Shown: one piece after another, positions 20,207 to 35,080 of the stretch
Layout: the number at the start of each line of letters is the position of its first letter
Numbering within the stretch: the first letter of the stretch is position 1
Source of the DNA: Phoronis australis
Lineage: Eukaryota; Animalia; Phoronida
Direction: 5' to 3'
DNA: 39,825 nt
Assembly: GCA_002633005.1 (NCBI GenBank)
Contig: NMRA01000032.1
Location: forward strand, 1,298,064 to 1,337,888
The notes under the pieces: generated by a model
Seen by the model: only the letters and a program-made list of their open reading frames with translations
Databases searched by the model: none
What the model was told of the DNA's origin: nothing
Made by a program: the position numbers and the translations under genes

Positions 20207-21728
20207 CTGAAATAGAAATAATGAACTTGATGAGCATTTCATTTTTTACTTTGTGTAATTTCTCTAATTTCATAGACGACTGCAAACTTTTGAGCATATT
20301 TATTCCAACTGCACTGGTCTATAAAAATGTCGAATTGGTTGTTAGAAACACCAAAAAACCCTTAAAAAATGAAAATGCCGCATTATCAGATACAGAATTT
20401 TCATGTTTTACTCAGTGTGACCCCTGGTGGCATGATTTCGCAGAATGAACACAAGTATACTGAGCCAGCCAAGAGACAGAAAAGCGATAGTCGACTGATG
20501 TTTTTGCACACTTGAGTTAAAGTAGCCATTCCATCAATGAATCACAAGTTATCACACGAGAAAGGACTCGTCACAGAACAGAATATTTACCATTTATTCA
20601 ACAAGGCAGAAACAATTGATCACTTTAGAGAAAAACTGAATGTTGAATTGCTTGAATACAACCCGCTTAAGTTTTGACAAATATCAATACAATTACTACA
20701 ATTATTATATTAAGGTCAATGTTCTAAAGATTCTCACTCTCCACTACTACACAACCACAAAATGCAGCCCACCAACCACATGTTCCCTCAATATCATTCT
20801 TCACCAACACCAGTTACTCAGGCTATTGTCAGACTCCATTACATTTCACATCACTACTGGCAACAAAATCCTGCCTTGGGACAAATTAACAACAATTAGA
20901 ACACCCGTCTAAATACCAGGGGATAGTTCATTGAGCTAGATCCATTAAGGAAATTGTCTAAGAATTGGATTTTAACTGTTTTGGATCACCTAAGGCAGAC
21001 GCGAGACAGACAGCTCATGAAGACCCTCGGCACGCACGGATCTCGTGGTGAAAGGTTCGCCTGGAAACGTACAATAATTATATTTGGTTTGATTTTTCTC
21101 CAATCCGATTAGGCAAAACTGAGCTTAAAATCAATGGCCAGTAAATGGTCTTGAATTGGTAAGAGGATAGTGTCCTAAACAGCGTGTAACAATCAATGTT
21201 CAATAAGTGCCTTCCAAAATATAACATGGTCATTGCAGTGTTAGAAGCCTGAAGAAAACTGTTACACATTTCCCAAAAAAAACATAGTTACAAACACATA
21301 GAGAGCTGCAATACAAGAGTAGACATAGTCGTCAAAGTCTAATAACAAAACCAACACCTCAGTCAAAGACAAATATTTAGTCAATTCCTTCAAATTGACA
21401 GAGTGTTGCCACTAAATTTAGATTTGGACAGATTAAGTAGGAATCAATCCTGTTGGTTTGTTTATACACAAATTGTCCAAACACATGAAGAGTGTTGATG
21501 ATGGCCAGGGGTAAGGACTGAATGACAACTACAGACAGACAGCAATTAATGATCTCAGACAAATTACATAACCGTTAGGGTGAATGGCATTGAGAAGACA
21601 TTACTGAGAGACTGGTGAATAAACCAATGACTATACAAGTATACCCAGGGATATCTATCAATGAAGCGTACAGAAACAAATTGCCTACGTAAAGGTGTAC
21701 AGTTATTTTTACATCTGTCAAAGTCCAC

Positions 21729-21969
21729 CGGAGAATATCGTCAATTTTGGAAAAAAATAATTGCCAAATTTGTTCTTGTTCCAACATTTACAGACCTCTT
21801 ACACTGTTGTGAATGCCCACTACTTCTCAAAACATTGGTTGTACTATATGTTATGTAACACAAGAATGATGTATTCATTTGGCAAAGTTTATATAATATG
21901 AAAAAATTAAGTAACAAAATTTAGCTTGTTTGCCACATCATGACCTAATCTGGTGGTAAGATCATAACT
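21729..21969 (+). mobile_element. MITE family A, copy 2
   Basis: AAAAAATAATTGCCAAA..ACACTGTTGTGAATGCCCA..AACAAAATTTAGCTTGTTTGCCACATC..TGGTAAGATCATAACT, collinear with copy 1; boundaries approximate. Confidence 0.65.
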
Positions 21970-24900
21970 AATACTAAACACAGTTCCCACTCATATTGTG
22001 TTGAGTTCACCATGAGTTTTCCAGAACATAATTTTCATTTTCATAATCAAGTTATTTTCCCCACCAAAGTTGATATTAACAGTACAGTAATGTTTACAAA
22101 TGATTGTTGTCAAGCATTGAATACACGAGCAAGACCAAAAATGACAAAATTTTTCTTAACGCTTTCCTTTTTCATGTTCCAGGATTCTTCCATTGACGGA
22201 AACTATTGATGACATTTCCATATTTTCGAGACAAGTGGAAACCAGGATCACAGAAACTACCCGAGTACAGGGAAACTGCTTCAAACGCAGATAAGCGAAC
22301 ATTTTATATTATAGATATAGACCATGTAACCTTAATCGGTCAAGTGACTTCTCTAAGGGTTCTCACTGGAGACTAACTTTGGCGTGAGGGTTTTCAGGAA
22401 GTCTAATATATGTGGGAGCCTGGTTAAATTAATCAATTAACCAGCAGAGACAAGGGAATTTAATTGGGGAAGATTTGCGGAGTAATCTAAATTACAACAG
22501 TGCAGTGGTAAAACAAAGGGTCTGACTGGCCGGATCAATAAACAAGGAGCCAGGTAGTCTCAGAAAATGTTTCCATGGCGCTACCATCAACAGGACAGCT
22601 GGACAACAAAGTATGAGGTGTGGTGCGTGTAATGAATGAACATGAACGGTGTACTGGTGCATAGAAGTTTTCAATCAGCGAATAAATGACGATGAAATTG
22701 AGCATGCAAATCCCAGCTGTGATGAGCCAATGTCATGTCCCTGGCAATCACACTGGACATGCCAGGTCTGAGTGCCTCCTGGCATATCTCATTAGCATTC
22801 GACTCAAAATTGTTTCAAATTACGAATTGTCTTTAATTCGCGTATAATCAATGATTCACACAATTTTGCACTGCTTAATTGGCATTAACCTCTAATCTTG
22901 GAGAAGTGACATGTGAATCATGATCGGATTGACGACAGTATGCAAGATGACCACAAAAGAAGTGTACCTATCGGGTCGTTTTTCAAAGGTCTTTATCAAG
23001 CTACGCACGTTACAATTTATAGTGATGTGCTATACAATGACTGCGAAATCTCATACATTCTCATTAATGAAACTGATTCCACACAAAAAATATTTACTTT
23101 CACTGTAACAGAACTCAAGCGAGTGCGAGTGTCACCCAGCACCTGACCTGACCAACCTCACAACTTGCGCGGTTCAAAATTCTGCTGTAACGAATAATCT
23201 TGCTTTTAAGCAAAATATCATTGAACATTTCAATGCAAATACGAGCTGGCCATGCAGACACTTTCCAGGTAGTTTCTACACCAGCGCGGTTAATGAAATA
23301 AATTTTATAACCCACTGAGTACAATAAAACCAGAATGCTAATGACCCAAAAGAATCATTTTAAGTCTCCTTCAGTAAAGAGCAGCAGAGCATGAGACAGA
23401 CATCAGTTGAAACTGACTGTTACTCAAAGTTAAGTGAGTTTTGAACCTTTTGGAAGCTAAAACTCTGATGTGATGGGAATTCCAAAGGACACAGACACAT
23501 ATAAGGAAGTCTAAATCATATAAATTGGGGAAAGGCAGTATAGAAGAGCACGGACATTTAAAGTTATGAAGGACCTCATCGCCAAGTCTGAGTATTTAGC
23601 CAAATACCTATAACACTTAAGATTTTAACTTTCCAGTGTTCTTTGAATAAAATTTAACGAATAAGAAAGAGAAATTCGTAACAAAAACAATGCTAACAAA
23701 AACATGACTAAACTTTGTTTGATACACATGTTCAATTTGAAATCACATTTCGTTTTAATTTTATGTAACTTTTTTCAAAAAAAAATCCTTCAGTCCCATC
23801 TTTTGATAACTCCTCAGTGTTTTAAAGAATAATGCATAAACTTGAAGTATGATATCGAAAAATTTCATATGGCTGATAACTGGTAAGTTATTCTGACATA
23901 TGATTGTACAAAGTTAATCATAATTTGAAGATTTTACTAGAGTTTTACATCACCTTAAAAGTGAAAATTTGGAAACATGGGGGTGGATGGTTAGCGATGC
24001 ATGGGTGTCAACCCTGACAGGAACGCTAGCTCTTTCAAAAACTGACCACCACGAAAACTAACAGACAGGAACAAAAACTCTGGCAATGATTTCTCATTCC
24101 TAATACCACGAATTTTATAATCAATAAACAACTAATGAATGATTAATTCTCTGTTACCAGATAAGATGAATGGTGATTAAAATGCAGTTACCACGCCGAC
24201 ATCAATGTTTCATGTCTCCATTGGTATCTGGGGGAAAAGCTTCTTACTCCACACAAATGGAGTTAGTCATTTTGCTGAACCTACTGAAATAACAGGATGT
24301 TCTCGTGCTCAACAGCATAACATCGATTCTCTGCGTGCAAAATGAGCGTGCGCAAAAAGCGGTAATTTTCACTGTTCCAAGCACACCCTCAAGAAATCAA
24401 TTACAATTTAAGATGTATGATGTAACACCAGTGAACAATTTTCGATGTAAGCAAGAAAAGATGCCACACAAGCTTGGACAGTGCCTTGAATCATGTTCAG
24501 AGACAAAAGATTCGAGATCAAGGTTATGCTGTAAAAATGTTCGGAAGAAGTAAAAACCACCACAACCACATTAACTCACAGGCCACTTTGAAAACTATTG
24601 TGCACATTTATGCTAGCCCACTATAACCAATAACAAATGGCGTCAATTGGGTATTGAGACCATTTTTTGAGACAGGGTCTAATTTATTTGCAATAAACAT
24701 TGAAAAGCACAAATGTTTAATTGGAACAGGTGGCGACAGGTTGGTTATTAATACCATGATTTCCAGTTGAGCCCCTCCCAGGTAATGCCTACCATGAAAT
24801 GGTTTGACCTTAACGGGTATTTTGCTGAAACAACCGAGGTCCACCAACTACAATAAAGTGTGCTTCTTAACAAAAATTTTAAAACGCTACGATTGGCTGA

Positions 24901-27900
24901 TCAACACATAGTAGGGGATTCCAAACACTGTCATGACAGCACTGGACTGCTGAAAAACTTCAAAGCCTTTCACAGGAAAAAATTGTTTAATCATCATCAG
25001 GGCGATTTCTCCAAATAGTACAAGCCACCTGACACTATTTTCAAGTACGTCAACCCTGGCATTCCAGACAGACAGTCACACAGGCCTTCAAGTCCCCGGA
25101 ACATTTTTGACTGTGGCTACTGTATATTTTGATAAGAGGCAGAAACAGTACTAAATATGCCACTTGTCAAGCCATCCTGATAACCCCCAGCAGTTGGTCA
25201 GTGGCAGAACAGGGCCACTAGGCAACGATTGGGCCAATCACAAACCACGCGGATCAACAGACTGCCATTCTGCGGCAGTGTTAAAAAACATTCAGGGTTG
25301 AGTTCTGTACACAAATGCAGCTGCGAACACATAGAACGCATAGTCAAAAGAGCGGATAATTAGATAGGAATGCACGTTATCTGTGTTGAGCCAGCTGAGT
25401 AGGAACAGGAGAAACGTGAAGGAACACTACCCAGCCTCGAGGATAGGGAGTTACTGTTGATTTGTATCAAATACTTGAAAACACCTTAAGGCTCAAGCAC
25501 AAAGTAAGCATGAACACTACCACCGATAGCAGTAGTTCAAAAACAAATAAAATACACAAATTTCATGCCAAATTTCAGCTCAAGCACGAACTGTAAGCAA
25601 ATGTTTACCAAACGCAATGAAATTGAGTGGTTGTATCAGTGGTTTTGTGGTTAAACCCCCCCCTCCCATAGATTCACATTGGGGAAAGTTATTGGGTCAA
25701 TTTCACAAAGTGCTGGGCTCAAGGTTGGTTCTTCAAGACAGGTTCCTGTGCCCCCAAAGCGTTGCCTCTCATTTTCTTGAGATCACTAAGATTAACAAAA
25801 ATTAGACTATGTTCAAAAGGCTGCATTGTTAAGAAGATAATATGAATCCAATGGTTGAAAGAATGTATGAAGTACCTATATCAAAATATAATACAGGAAA
25901 TGAGCACAGGACGTCTGAGGGTTTGAATCTTAACCGAAGGCTCAATTTTAACTCCACTCAAACTTGACCTGGGGCGGCATTCCGTAGAACTAAAGATAAG
26001 AGTGAGAGAAGCTAGTATGATCACGTATTTCCCTTGTAACTGCGTGGTGATTTCTTGCAAAGACTTGCATGATTTTGTGCTTTCGCGAACTTCTTGCGAC
26101 TAGGCCAAGCTAGGGTACTGATGTGTGAATGACGAGCACTAGAGATGGCTCTGCACACCAACCTCCCATCGCCTTACAGACTACTTTGGAGTCGAGCAGA
26201 GCAATGCAGGAACAAGACAGAAGCTCGTTAATAATAGCAACAACAGTCTAAAGAGAACAGGGCTCATGTCAGAGTATTCCAAGGGTATCATATCGATGAC
26301 TTGAACGACTCTCGAAAGTAGACGAAGGCGTTATTAAAAATTCTAGTCAAGTTGACTACAATTGCACTTGGCTGCTGTGCGCATTCAGTCACCTGTTGTA
26401 TTACACAGCCATTTCCCTTTAAGACAAAGAAGTACAGTACGGTAGAAATCTGTCAAAGTAACAGACAAGGACCCTTCACCTGTATTTGTGGTAGAGATTG
26501 AGGCAGTTGTCTTTGTTTGGTCTTGGTAAACAAAGGGAGGAACTTTGAAACAAATTGTAAACAACCTCTACTACTTTAGTAAGTAACGAGATCTTTAGGA
26601 ATCACATCTAATTACTGACATCTTCAAAAGTGCACAAAACATGCAGCAATGTTCTTTCAGTAATACGTAGTTAGGTTTAATGTTCTTGCATTTTGAAAAC
26701 TGTTCTCCGCTGAATAACAGGCAAGAAACTGGTTTTCAAAGTGTGGGCATGTTATATCAGACTATTGCCTATACCACCACCCTCATGGGGAGAACAAAGA
26801 AATTAAGTCTGTCCTTTCCCAACAGCTGATTTTGATTGACATTTTTAAGAAAAGTTTGAAAGAGTACGCCAGTTGTTAACACCCTTCTCATAAAGTTCAA
26901 ATATCAATTTGCGTTTGAAAATGACGATAATTACCCTCGCTGGCCTCGCCCCCCAGGCAAAATAACTTTTAGACATTTAAACAAAAAAATGGATAAATAG
27001 TACAACTGGCTGTACTTCCGTTACGATTAACCGACATTCTCTGCATAAACAATGATGTTATTTATCAATGACCAATCAAGCATTGCTTAAACCAAATGGT
27101 ACCACCTACTTTCTTTCAGATGTAGTTATTAATTGATGCCTGTTTTATATAAAGGAATGTACAAAGTCACTGCCAGGCTGCTGGCTAGCTTGGAAAAACA
27201 ATTGCGGAAATGTAAAACTAACAAGACAACCACCAGAGACAAGGAAGGATAACACTCGATAAAAAAATCCTCCAATGTCCCATCCCTTTCAACTTTCATC
27301 ACCGAGGAAACTCCGTAGTAACAAGATTACGCTGTTCAGAGTATACAAAGAAACCTTTCAAGATAAAAGTGAATTTATAAGCAAGTTTTCTTAATTAACC
27401 TTTAAGGGAGTGCTGCACCTTTTAATTATGAAAGCCAATATCTATTGCCGGAGGCCTATAACACACTTAATGGTCAGCGCAGGATACTGTGCGGTAGGCT
27501 CTCTTAAGTGCATTGCTGGCCGGTTCTCACGAGCAGTTTGCATTCTGTCCAATCACCTGACTGAATACTAACCTTCACTTATCAGGTACAATAATTCCAC
27601 ATGCAACACAATATAAACAAATATAGTAGACTCTTGGCTTGTCAATTTTTTAAATAAAAATGTACAGCTGAAAATCTCCTTCATTGCAGACATGATTTGT
27701 AGCATTCAGCTGCTGTAAAACAACACTCGATAGTAGTTTTATAAAAAAATCACAAATTTAAAAAGACTTATTTTCTAAAACGCATAATTATAGCATATTA
27801 AGGTAACTTGCAGTACCACCACATGTCATAGATGAATTCTCCAATTATTAGAATTTCTTATACATTCAAACTTGATATACTAAGAGTACTGGGTGAAATG

Positions 27901-28632
27901 CACAGTCCGAAAGACAACCACAACCGATTCAACACTTAAAAACTTCATTTGGTCTACATTTGTAGAGAGTCCTACAATCCCTTACCTGAGTAAAATACTT
28001 AATTGATGAATGTGCTAATTTGATTAAAAATAAAGCCTATAGGGATCCACTCATTTTGCAGAGTGTCTAAGCACAGCTGTAGAAGATAAGTGAACAAAAG
28101 GAAAAACTGAAGCGTCTTATTGAAATCCAATGGAATGGGTTTTCATTGTTTTAAATTGCCTAGAGCATTCTTCAAACCAACAGGGACACTGTGGAGGGGT
28201 CCCTCGCAAAAAGGTAAAAACAACTGTGCATTCTCGACAATCATGGATGATTCAAGCAGTGACGAAAGGTGTCATCAAATATTCATTAATTACAGACCAG
28301 AAGTATGAATGAATTCAGAGCGTTAATTACTGGCCACCGGCTTAACGAGTCACTCACTTGTGCGACTGATTACCAGGTATAATCCCTGATTCATCGCCAC
28401 TTATTGATTAGGACCAGTGTCCAGTGGTCAACCATGATAATGAAGGCCATTTGTTCAAGTGCATTGTCCACACTGCATGACTGACCAGTCAGTGAAGAGG
28501 CCAGGTGACAATAGTGCTCTTTGGTGACAAGTGGATTCAAGTCATCATCCTTACATAACATTGCATCATATCACATAACCAGGAGCCATTGGGATGTCAA
28601 CACAAGGAACCAACTGAAATCTGTACCTTCAA

Positions 28633-28714
28633 NNNNNNNNNNNNNNNNNNNNNNNNNNNNNNNNNNNNNNNNNNNNNNNNNNNNNNNNNNNNNNNNNNNN
28701 NNNNNNNNNNNNNN
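28633..28714. other. Assembly gap (run of N, about 82 nt)
   Basis: N characters in the sequence; true gap size unknown. Confidence 0.95.
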
Positions 28715-31700
28715 GGGTGCATACTGATTAACCCAAACACACAACTTTGTAAAAGTTTCAGTTGGTAAATTGCTGTTGTGATTACCTGAATCAGAAAAAA
28801 ATGTGATGCAAAATATATGACAATGTGACACGACTGTGGGTTTTTATTCTTATTTGTGAGTACAAATCACAATGTTACTGTACCAGGCCATGGATGGGTC
28901 AATCCAGAGACACAAATTAGGGTACAGAAGATTTGATGTGTTACTTTGATGCAGATAATATACACTAACCAAATATGGACCTTGTTTGAGGTTCTGTTTA
29001 CCCCTTTAGTCCATATAGTTGCTGTGTATAGTTTGGAGGGTTAAATCATCATATTGAAAAAGCTCTTAATTAACTTTGAATTAAGAGTAAGAGAAAAGCG
29101 GTAGGTTTTATAAGATGACAAATAATGGCTTCCAAGTTGGGTTGAACATTTAAGCAGAAATAGGCATGGCAAACTTACGTCATAATCGCAATGAACATCA
29201 ATCAAATCAAAAAGGAAAATTGACACAATAATTAAATTTGCCAATTTCTATTAATCAAACATTTTCCCTTAACTAGAGTTAACAGCACTTTGAGGTGGTT
29301 TACTTATCAAAAATGCCCTGGCTAACCTAGTGACCACAGGCTACAAGTCCAAGCAAACAAAGATGAATCTTATCTTTCAGCAATAAAGAAAACCCAAATG
29401 GCTCATATGAGTTTGGAAAAGAATGGATGCTATCTTGAAGCAAATGGATCCATGTGAATAGAAAATGGAAGAATTTAGGCCAACCATGATACAATGTACA
29501 CTCTAGGCCAGAGTTGTTGAAATTCAACTAACATGTCAATCTGAATCCTCAGGTGTATAGAATTGCGGGAAACTTGGTAAAATCAGTGTCACATGTAAAA
29601 GGTTCAAAATCTTAATTCACATGTGATAGCTGCAAATAAACTGATAAGCCAGGTCACTTTGATAAGTAGACAAAAAATACACCAGTCCAAAAGTAAACAG
29701 TTCCACCTTGGTTTTAGGCATTTTTTTACACTTCTGTACCAGCATTCAACCACTGTAATCCCTCAGAACAATGGCATTTGGAACAAACAGGTAAAGGTGT
29801 TAATATCAACACCTTGATCGAAAGTTAGGTACCGATAGCTTCAGCTTTAAAGTAAAGTTAATAATTATTAGTTAATAATTAATAGTCAATTGCAATAAAA
29901 TATCACCAGTTTTTCAAAATTTTGTAAGATTGGTACATATCACACAAAACTTGAACATTGTAAAGCATTAATCTTGTACTATTCATATCTTATTTACAAA
30001 AAACAAGAAAATACAATTACAGCTGGCGGACATATTGTGCATCAAATTGGTGAGATTTTATAGTGATCTAGTTGGAAAGTCTCCCAGGTTGTCGAATTGA
30101 TGGAGACCTCAAAGCAAATTGTCGATGATTTTTTATCAATGGCAGGGCCTGGCAGTGGGAGAGATGGGGAGGAAGGGTGGACAGGAAGGCTGAGCGTGAA
30201 ACGTAACTTGTAGTCGAGTCATCGACAATACATCAGTCAGGAAAGTTCCCAGAATTGAATGTACTGTAGAAATCATCCACCGAGAATGACAATGTGTTTA
30301 GAATAGTCGGAAAAGGTTTTGAAAACGACCTTTAATTCAAAGATGAAATGCAGAAGAATGAAAGTGTTCATTCACCAGCAGTGTATGCCATCACATGGCT
30401 GTCTTCTTTGCCAGTGTTTATAGCCATGTCTACAGGCATGAACCATGAAACAAGTAATGAGCAATAACAGACATCCAAGTTATCAACATTTACTAAACTG
30501 TGTGTGGTGCTATTAACCTGCTTAATGCAGGGGAAGAAATTGTCAGCCTCATCTAAATACAGGAAATGCAAGAATTGTACGCATTCAACATTGATTTCTG
30601 CACATTTCCTGAAAGTCACTTGTAGTACAACCCAAAAGTCATCGAACAAAAACGTCATTTCCTCCCACGTCGTCTAAATCCACTTACAGCGAAAATTGCT
30701 GACAAAATCCCAACTTAGGAATAGCGATTGTTCAGTGTTAGCATCTTAGTAAATAACCGTTTTCCAATATACTGGTAACATGATGAAATGCACGTCGACA
30801 CTAGATGGCATTGGAGTCAATTGTGGACAGTGATCTGCATTCTTGTAGTTGTAGGGATTCGATAGAGTGGGGTAATTTAACAGCGTTTTTTAATGATGTG
30901 GGGAGCGATCATCTATCAATTCAAATAACCAACGTCTTAAAATGCCTGTGAGTGAAAGACGGCTTTTTACCCAGCTGCCATGACAGGGACTTGCAGATGA
31001 TTTTGTACGATTTCGCAACTTGTGTACAACGACGGTACACAAAGTTCTTTCAATTAAGACACAATGTGGCACACTAAATTTTAAAATTTTCAATAAGAGT
31101 AAGCAAGAAGATAGGCTTACTTCATTATTTGAAAGCTTTGTATAGTACAGCTGTCGCCAACAAACACACAATAAAATTACGAAGATTTTGACAATAGAGA
31201 AGGCATTTGAATTATGAAAAGTGACAATTTTGGCCATTATTTTTGTTCGAAATCGAGGAAACTACCATACTGTTTTTACTCTTATGATGAGAAAGCTTCC
31301 ATGATTGAGGCTGATGTCCTCTCTCTGCTTATCCTTACTATTCTTCTACTCAAAATCATTTACGTTCTGCCCACTGAACTAAGAAAAAACAGCATCTGAA
31401 GTTACCAGCTTGGTACTCTAGCTATCAGACTACACTGGGACCAAATATGCACCGACTTGTTTTACACAATGGAATTTCAATCGTTTGATCATCTGTAAGT
31501 TATTTTGCAGTCATAATTCTTTTGCATGATGCAAGTTCTGTTACAACTGGGACACTCTTTCGACAAGGGACGCAACCCTACATGAAGACAACTAGCCCAA
31601 TCAATTGCAAAGGGCAGTCAAGACAACTCCTTGAAGAGAAAAAATAGGCAGCTGACATCGGAGTTTTTTTACGGTCACCTCACACAACTGGATTAAAGAG

Positions 31701-34459
31701 GTCTCCAGGCACCAATCGATAGTCAACATGACTTACTGCATACATCTTTAGTAAATGCGACCAAATCAATCAAACAAAAATATATGAGGAATTGTACCGA
31801 CCAACTGCATGGCTGCTCGAGCAGTAAATTGATGAAAATGGGCAACACAAATGAGCAGAGGATAAATAGACAGTTTTCAAATGGTACACGAATGCATCCA
31901 GTGATGGAATCTGATTCTGGAGTACTTTCTCGTATACAACGTCACATTGAAATATTTAAACACTAACTAATAATTTTAAAAATTGCGTGATATTTTGGAA
32001 AGCAGTGGTCTCACTGAAGAAGTACCGTATCATAGTTTTTCCTTGAAGGATAGACATTATGAAAAATCCATCACATGACCTTTGGCGAGATGACGTTATG
32101 TTAAACATCGAGTTAAGCACCACCTTCGTTAATTAAACATCTAAGTTTCAGACAAAAATGTTTGCAGGAAATCAAAAAGTACGAAAAGAAATAAAAATAT
32201 CTCTCTATATTTCTCCACCAAGACATTTTAGTCACCTAACAATCCAACTTAAAGTGTGAAACTTTATCTTTAAGACTTTAACCGACCAGACTGCACTGCT
32301 TCAGGTGCCACGGATAAAACAAAAAACTGCTCAAATGAACTTTTGCCACTATCGCAACCATATCAAATTGTAAAGCTCTCCAGATTAAAAAGTTTACATA
32401 GCAAAATTGAGGGCAGATAATCAGTATTCTTCATCCATCAGAAGTGACCTCGACGGCGTCTCACCGACCCAAGGTGTGCGTGTGCTGTTAGCGATAATCT
32501 GACAAACGCTCATATCCTGTTTGGTGCTCAGGTGATAACTCGTTTTTCAGTGTTTGTAATCTGTGACTCCAATTATAAATCACTTTGCATAACAGTAAAG
32601 AAGTCTGCTCAGAATGTTATGCCATGTTCATCTGCTCATTAGGCAGAAGTATTTTTCGAGTTATTATTTTGACATAAAAAACAAAAACAGATGTTTCACA
32701 TCAATATTCTTTGGAAAATGAAACGAAAATAGAACCAAACCAACCATACTCTGAAGAATGCTAGACTGTCAGAAATTGGAAAAACGTTAACAAATTAAAA
32801 GAATCATAAGCCAAGTTGCAGTGGAGAAATAAATCACATCTTCAAATTAAAATGTCCACAACACCATTTGCCATTTTCTGACATGCAACCACACCAGTCT
32901 TATTGGTAAATCTTAATTAGCAAGCGCTTCACACCAAAACTCATAACAAAAAACGAGATAACAGAAGACAGTGACTACTATTAAAAGTCACGAATTTGAG
33001 TATACGACACAAAACCGTTTAAACTGTAACACGATTGGCTACTCTGCTTTTTGCGTCAAAAAGTAACAATAAACGACGTTATCCTTGACAGCAACTAATT
33101 AACATATTGTCAGACAGCAATTACCGGTGTCGAGATTAACCAGTTGCTAGGGTATTTTCGATGCAAAAAAATGGTGTTCACAGTTAATTTAAGGTTACCT
33201 GGCAACCTTCTGATTACAAAACAATGTAACGCATACATTTGCTCAAAAATGTCAGTTTCCAATACTAAGCGCAGTTCAGTCTTAGGGGACGTCTTTTTTG
33301 CTTGACAAGATCACTCTCCGTGGCATCGCCATGACGAGGAAAACAAGAGAAAACCCAGAGCACGAACCACTAACATAGCAAACTTCCCTCGAACATCATA
33401 CCTCTTTGTTTTTGGCAGGTGCAGACCACTACAGGACACCCTTAACGTCACTGTAAAGAGACACCACCATTGGAACACTTCCCAATTGGGGAACAATTGC
33501 AGCAAAGTCTAAATCAACACAAACATGAGGGCCACAGGTAGAACATGACCCCCTGGTATGTGGTGCATCAATTAATGAGTGACGACATGACAAAGACGTC
33601 CCTGTTCCACAAACCTGACACTCTGTCCATCTCTATTGACACCTTCAACGTGCAAACATTTGCTTTTTGTGCCGAGGTAATTGCTTGCTTACAAACTCCC
33701 GGGGACAGAAAGTCACCATAGTGGATCGACACACAAAACAGTTTGAAAGTTACATTTATGCACCCATCTCGTGTGCTTGAATAGTGAAATGCATAATCCG
33801 GAGCTACTCTACACCTTGTTCTTTTGCATTTCTCCAAGGAAATGAATACCGGAAATCTAAATTTTGCGTCAGATTAACACTTGACGGAATATTTGTGGTG
33901 TATTTACACAGTTTGTTAACATACCTGCCATTACAATAATTTGTCTTACAACACTGCACAAACCTAAACAACAACCATTATGCAGGCACAGTAATTCTCT
34001 ACTTATTTCAAGCAAAAAATTGTCAAATTCCAGTTTGAGCAAAATACAAATAATGATCGCAGTCCCGGGACGACTGACCTATTGAATGGTACGCTTCAAG
34101 TGAACTTTCGACTTTCTATACCAACTGCAACGCTTAAATTTCGAGTCTTGAGTCCGGATGTTAGATCTTTGGCCCCGGAGTTAACTGCGTGGATGCAAGA
34201 CGCTCACAAAAGAACAAGTCTCTTGTGAATGAAAGGCAAGATTTTGGAGAGTACAATCAGGGCCCTACTTGTGTACAAGTAGCAAAATGACAGCCACTGA
34301 AGTGATTGGTCGGTGAGGCTACAATGTTGAATTCTGGGACTGAACTCACTGTTTTGGTGTCAAAAATTCCTAATGAGGGTCTTGCAAAGATCTATGGAAC
34401 ACGACCAACGTCATGTGATAGCAGGCCAAACACATTGAAAATCGCTAAAAAGATCACTG

Positions 34460-34690
34460 AACTGAGTCAGGATAAAATCTTCAACATCATCTTCACATCT
34501 CTTCCAGACATCAATAAACAATGGACAGCTTTTTATGACTTATTCTCAGAAAGAATTACCCCACCCTTTTGATCTTCTCCAGACTATTGAGGAGACGATA
34601 TGCTTTATTTCACAAGTCAAACAGAGCCAGAGGATCACCACTAGCCTAACAAAAAAACCAAAACCACACAAGACCAGGACAGGCTTTCTA
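34460..34690 (+). mobile_element. Possible highly decayed CR1/L2-type LINE ORF2 fragment
   Basis: IIFTSLPDINKQWTAFYDLF followed, after a frameshift, by KQSQRITTSLTKK; resembles the DxNxxWxxF ... KxxPWITxxL segment between endonuclease and RT. Confidence 0.3.
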
Positions 34691-35080
34691 ATGGGAAAAA
34701 CATGTATACTCTTCAGTGACTCAGATCTCAATATTGAATTGCTTTATGGTTTTGTTAAGTAGCTGAAGGAAAAAGCAAAGTTGTAAAAGTGTCAAATTTT
34801 CGGGTTTAAATTACTCCTTAATACCCCTTAAGATATTCCAGGCCTGTGGCACAACACAAACATTGTGCACACAAGAGCAGTTGGTCACTTCTTTGGTTAA
34901 CCTCATCACCAGGTCGCTTTCGTCAATGAGAAGAGGTAAGAGGTCTGGACAGTATTGTATCAAGAGCCCACAGGTAAAGGTTAACAATCTCAATAGTGCA
35001 GGACCTTAGGACTGTTACACATTTTTTCTGCAACACAGCAACTGAAAATGTGATTACAGAAAATCGTCGCGTAGCACTAT

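Noticed and set aside
22700-22890. Cluster of octamer, E-box, p53-like half-sites and TAAT motifs as an enhancer
   Set aside because: Short motifs are expected by chance in 20 kb; no conservation or chromatin data available
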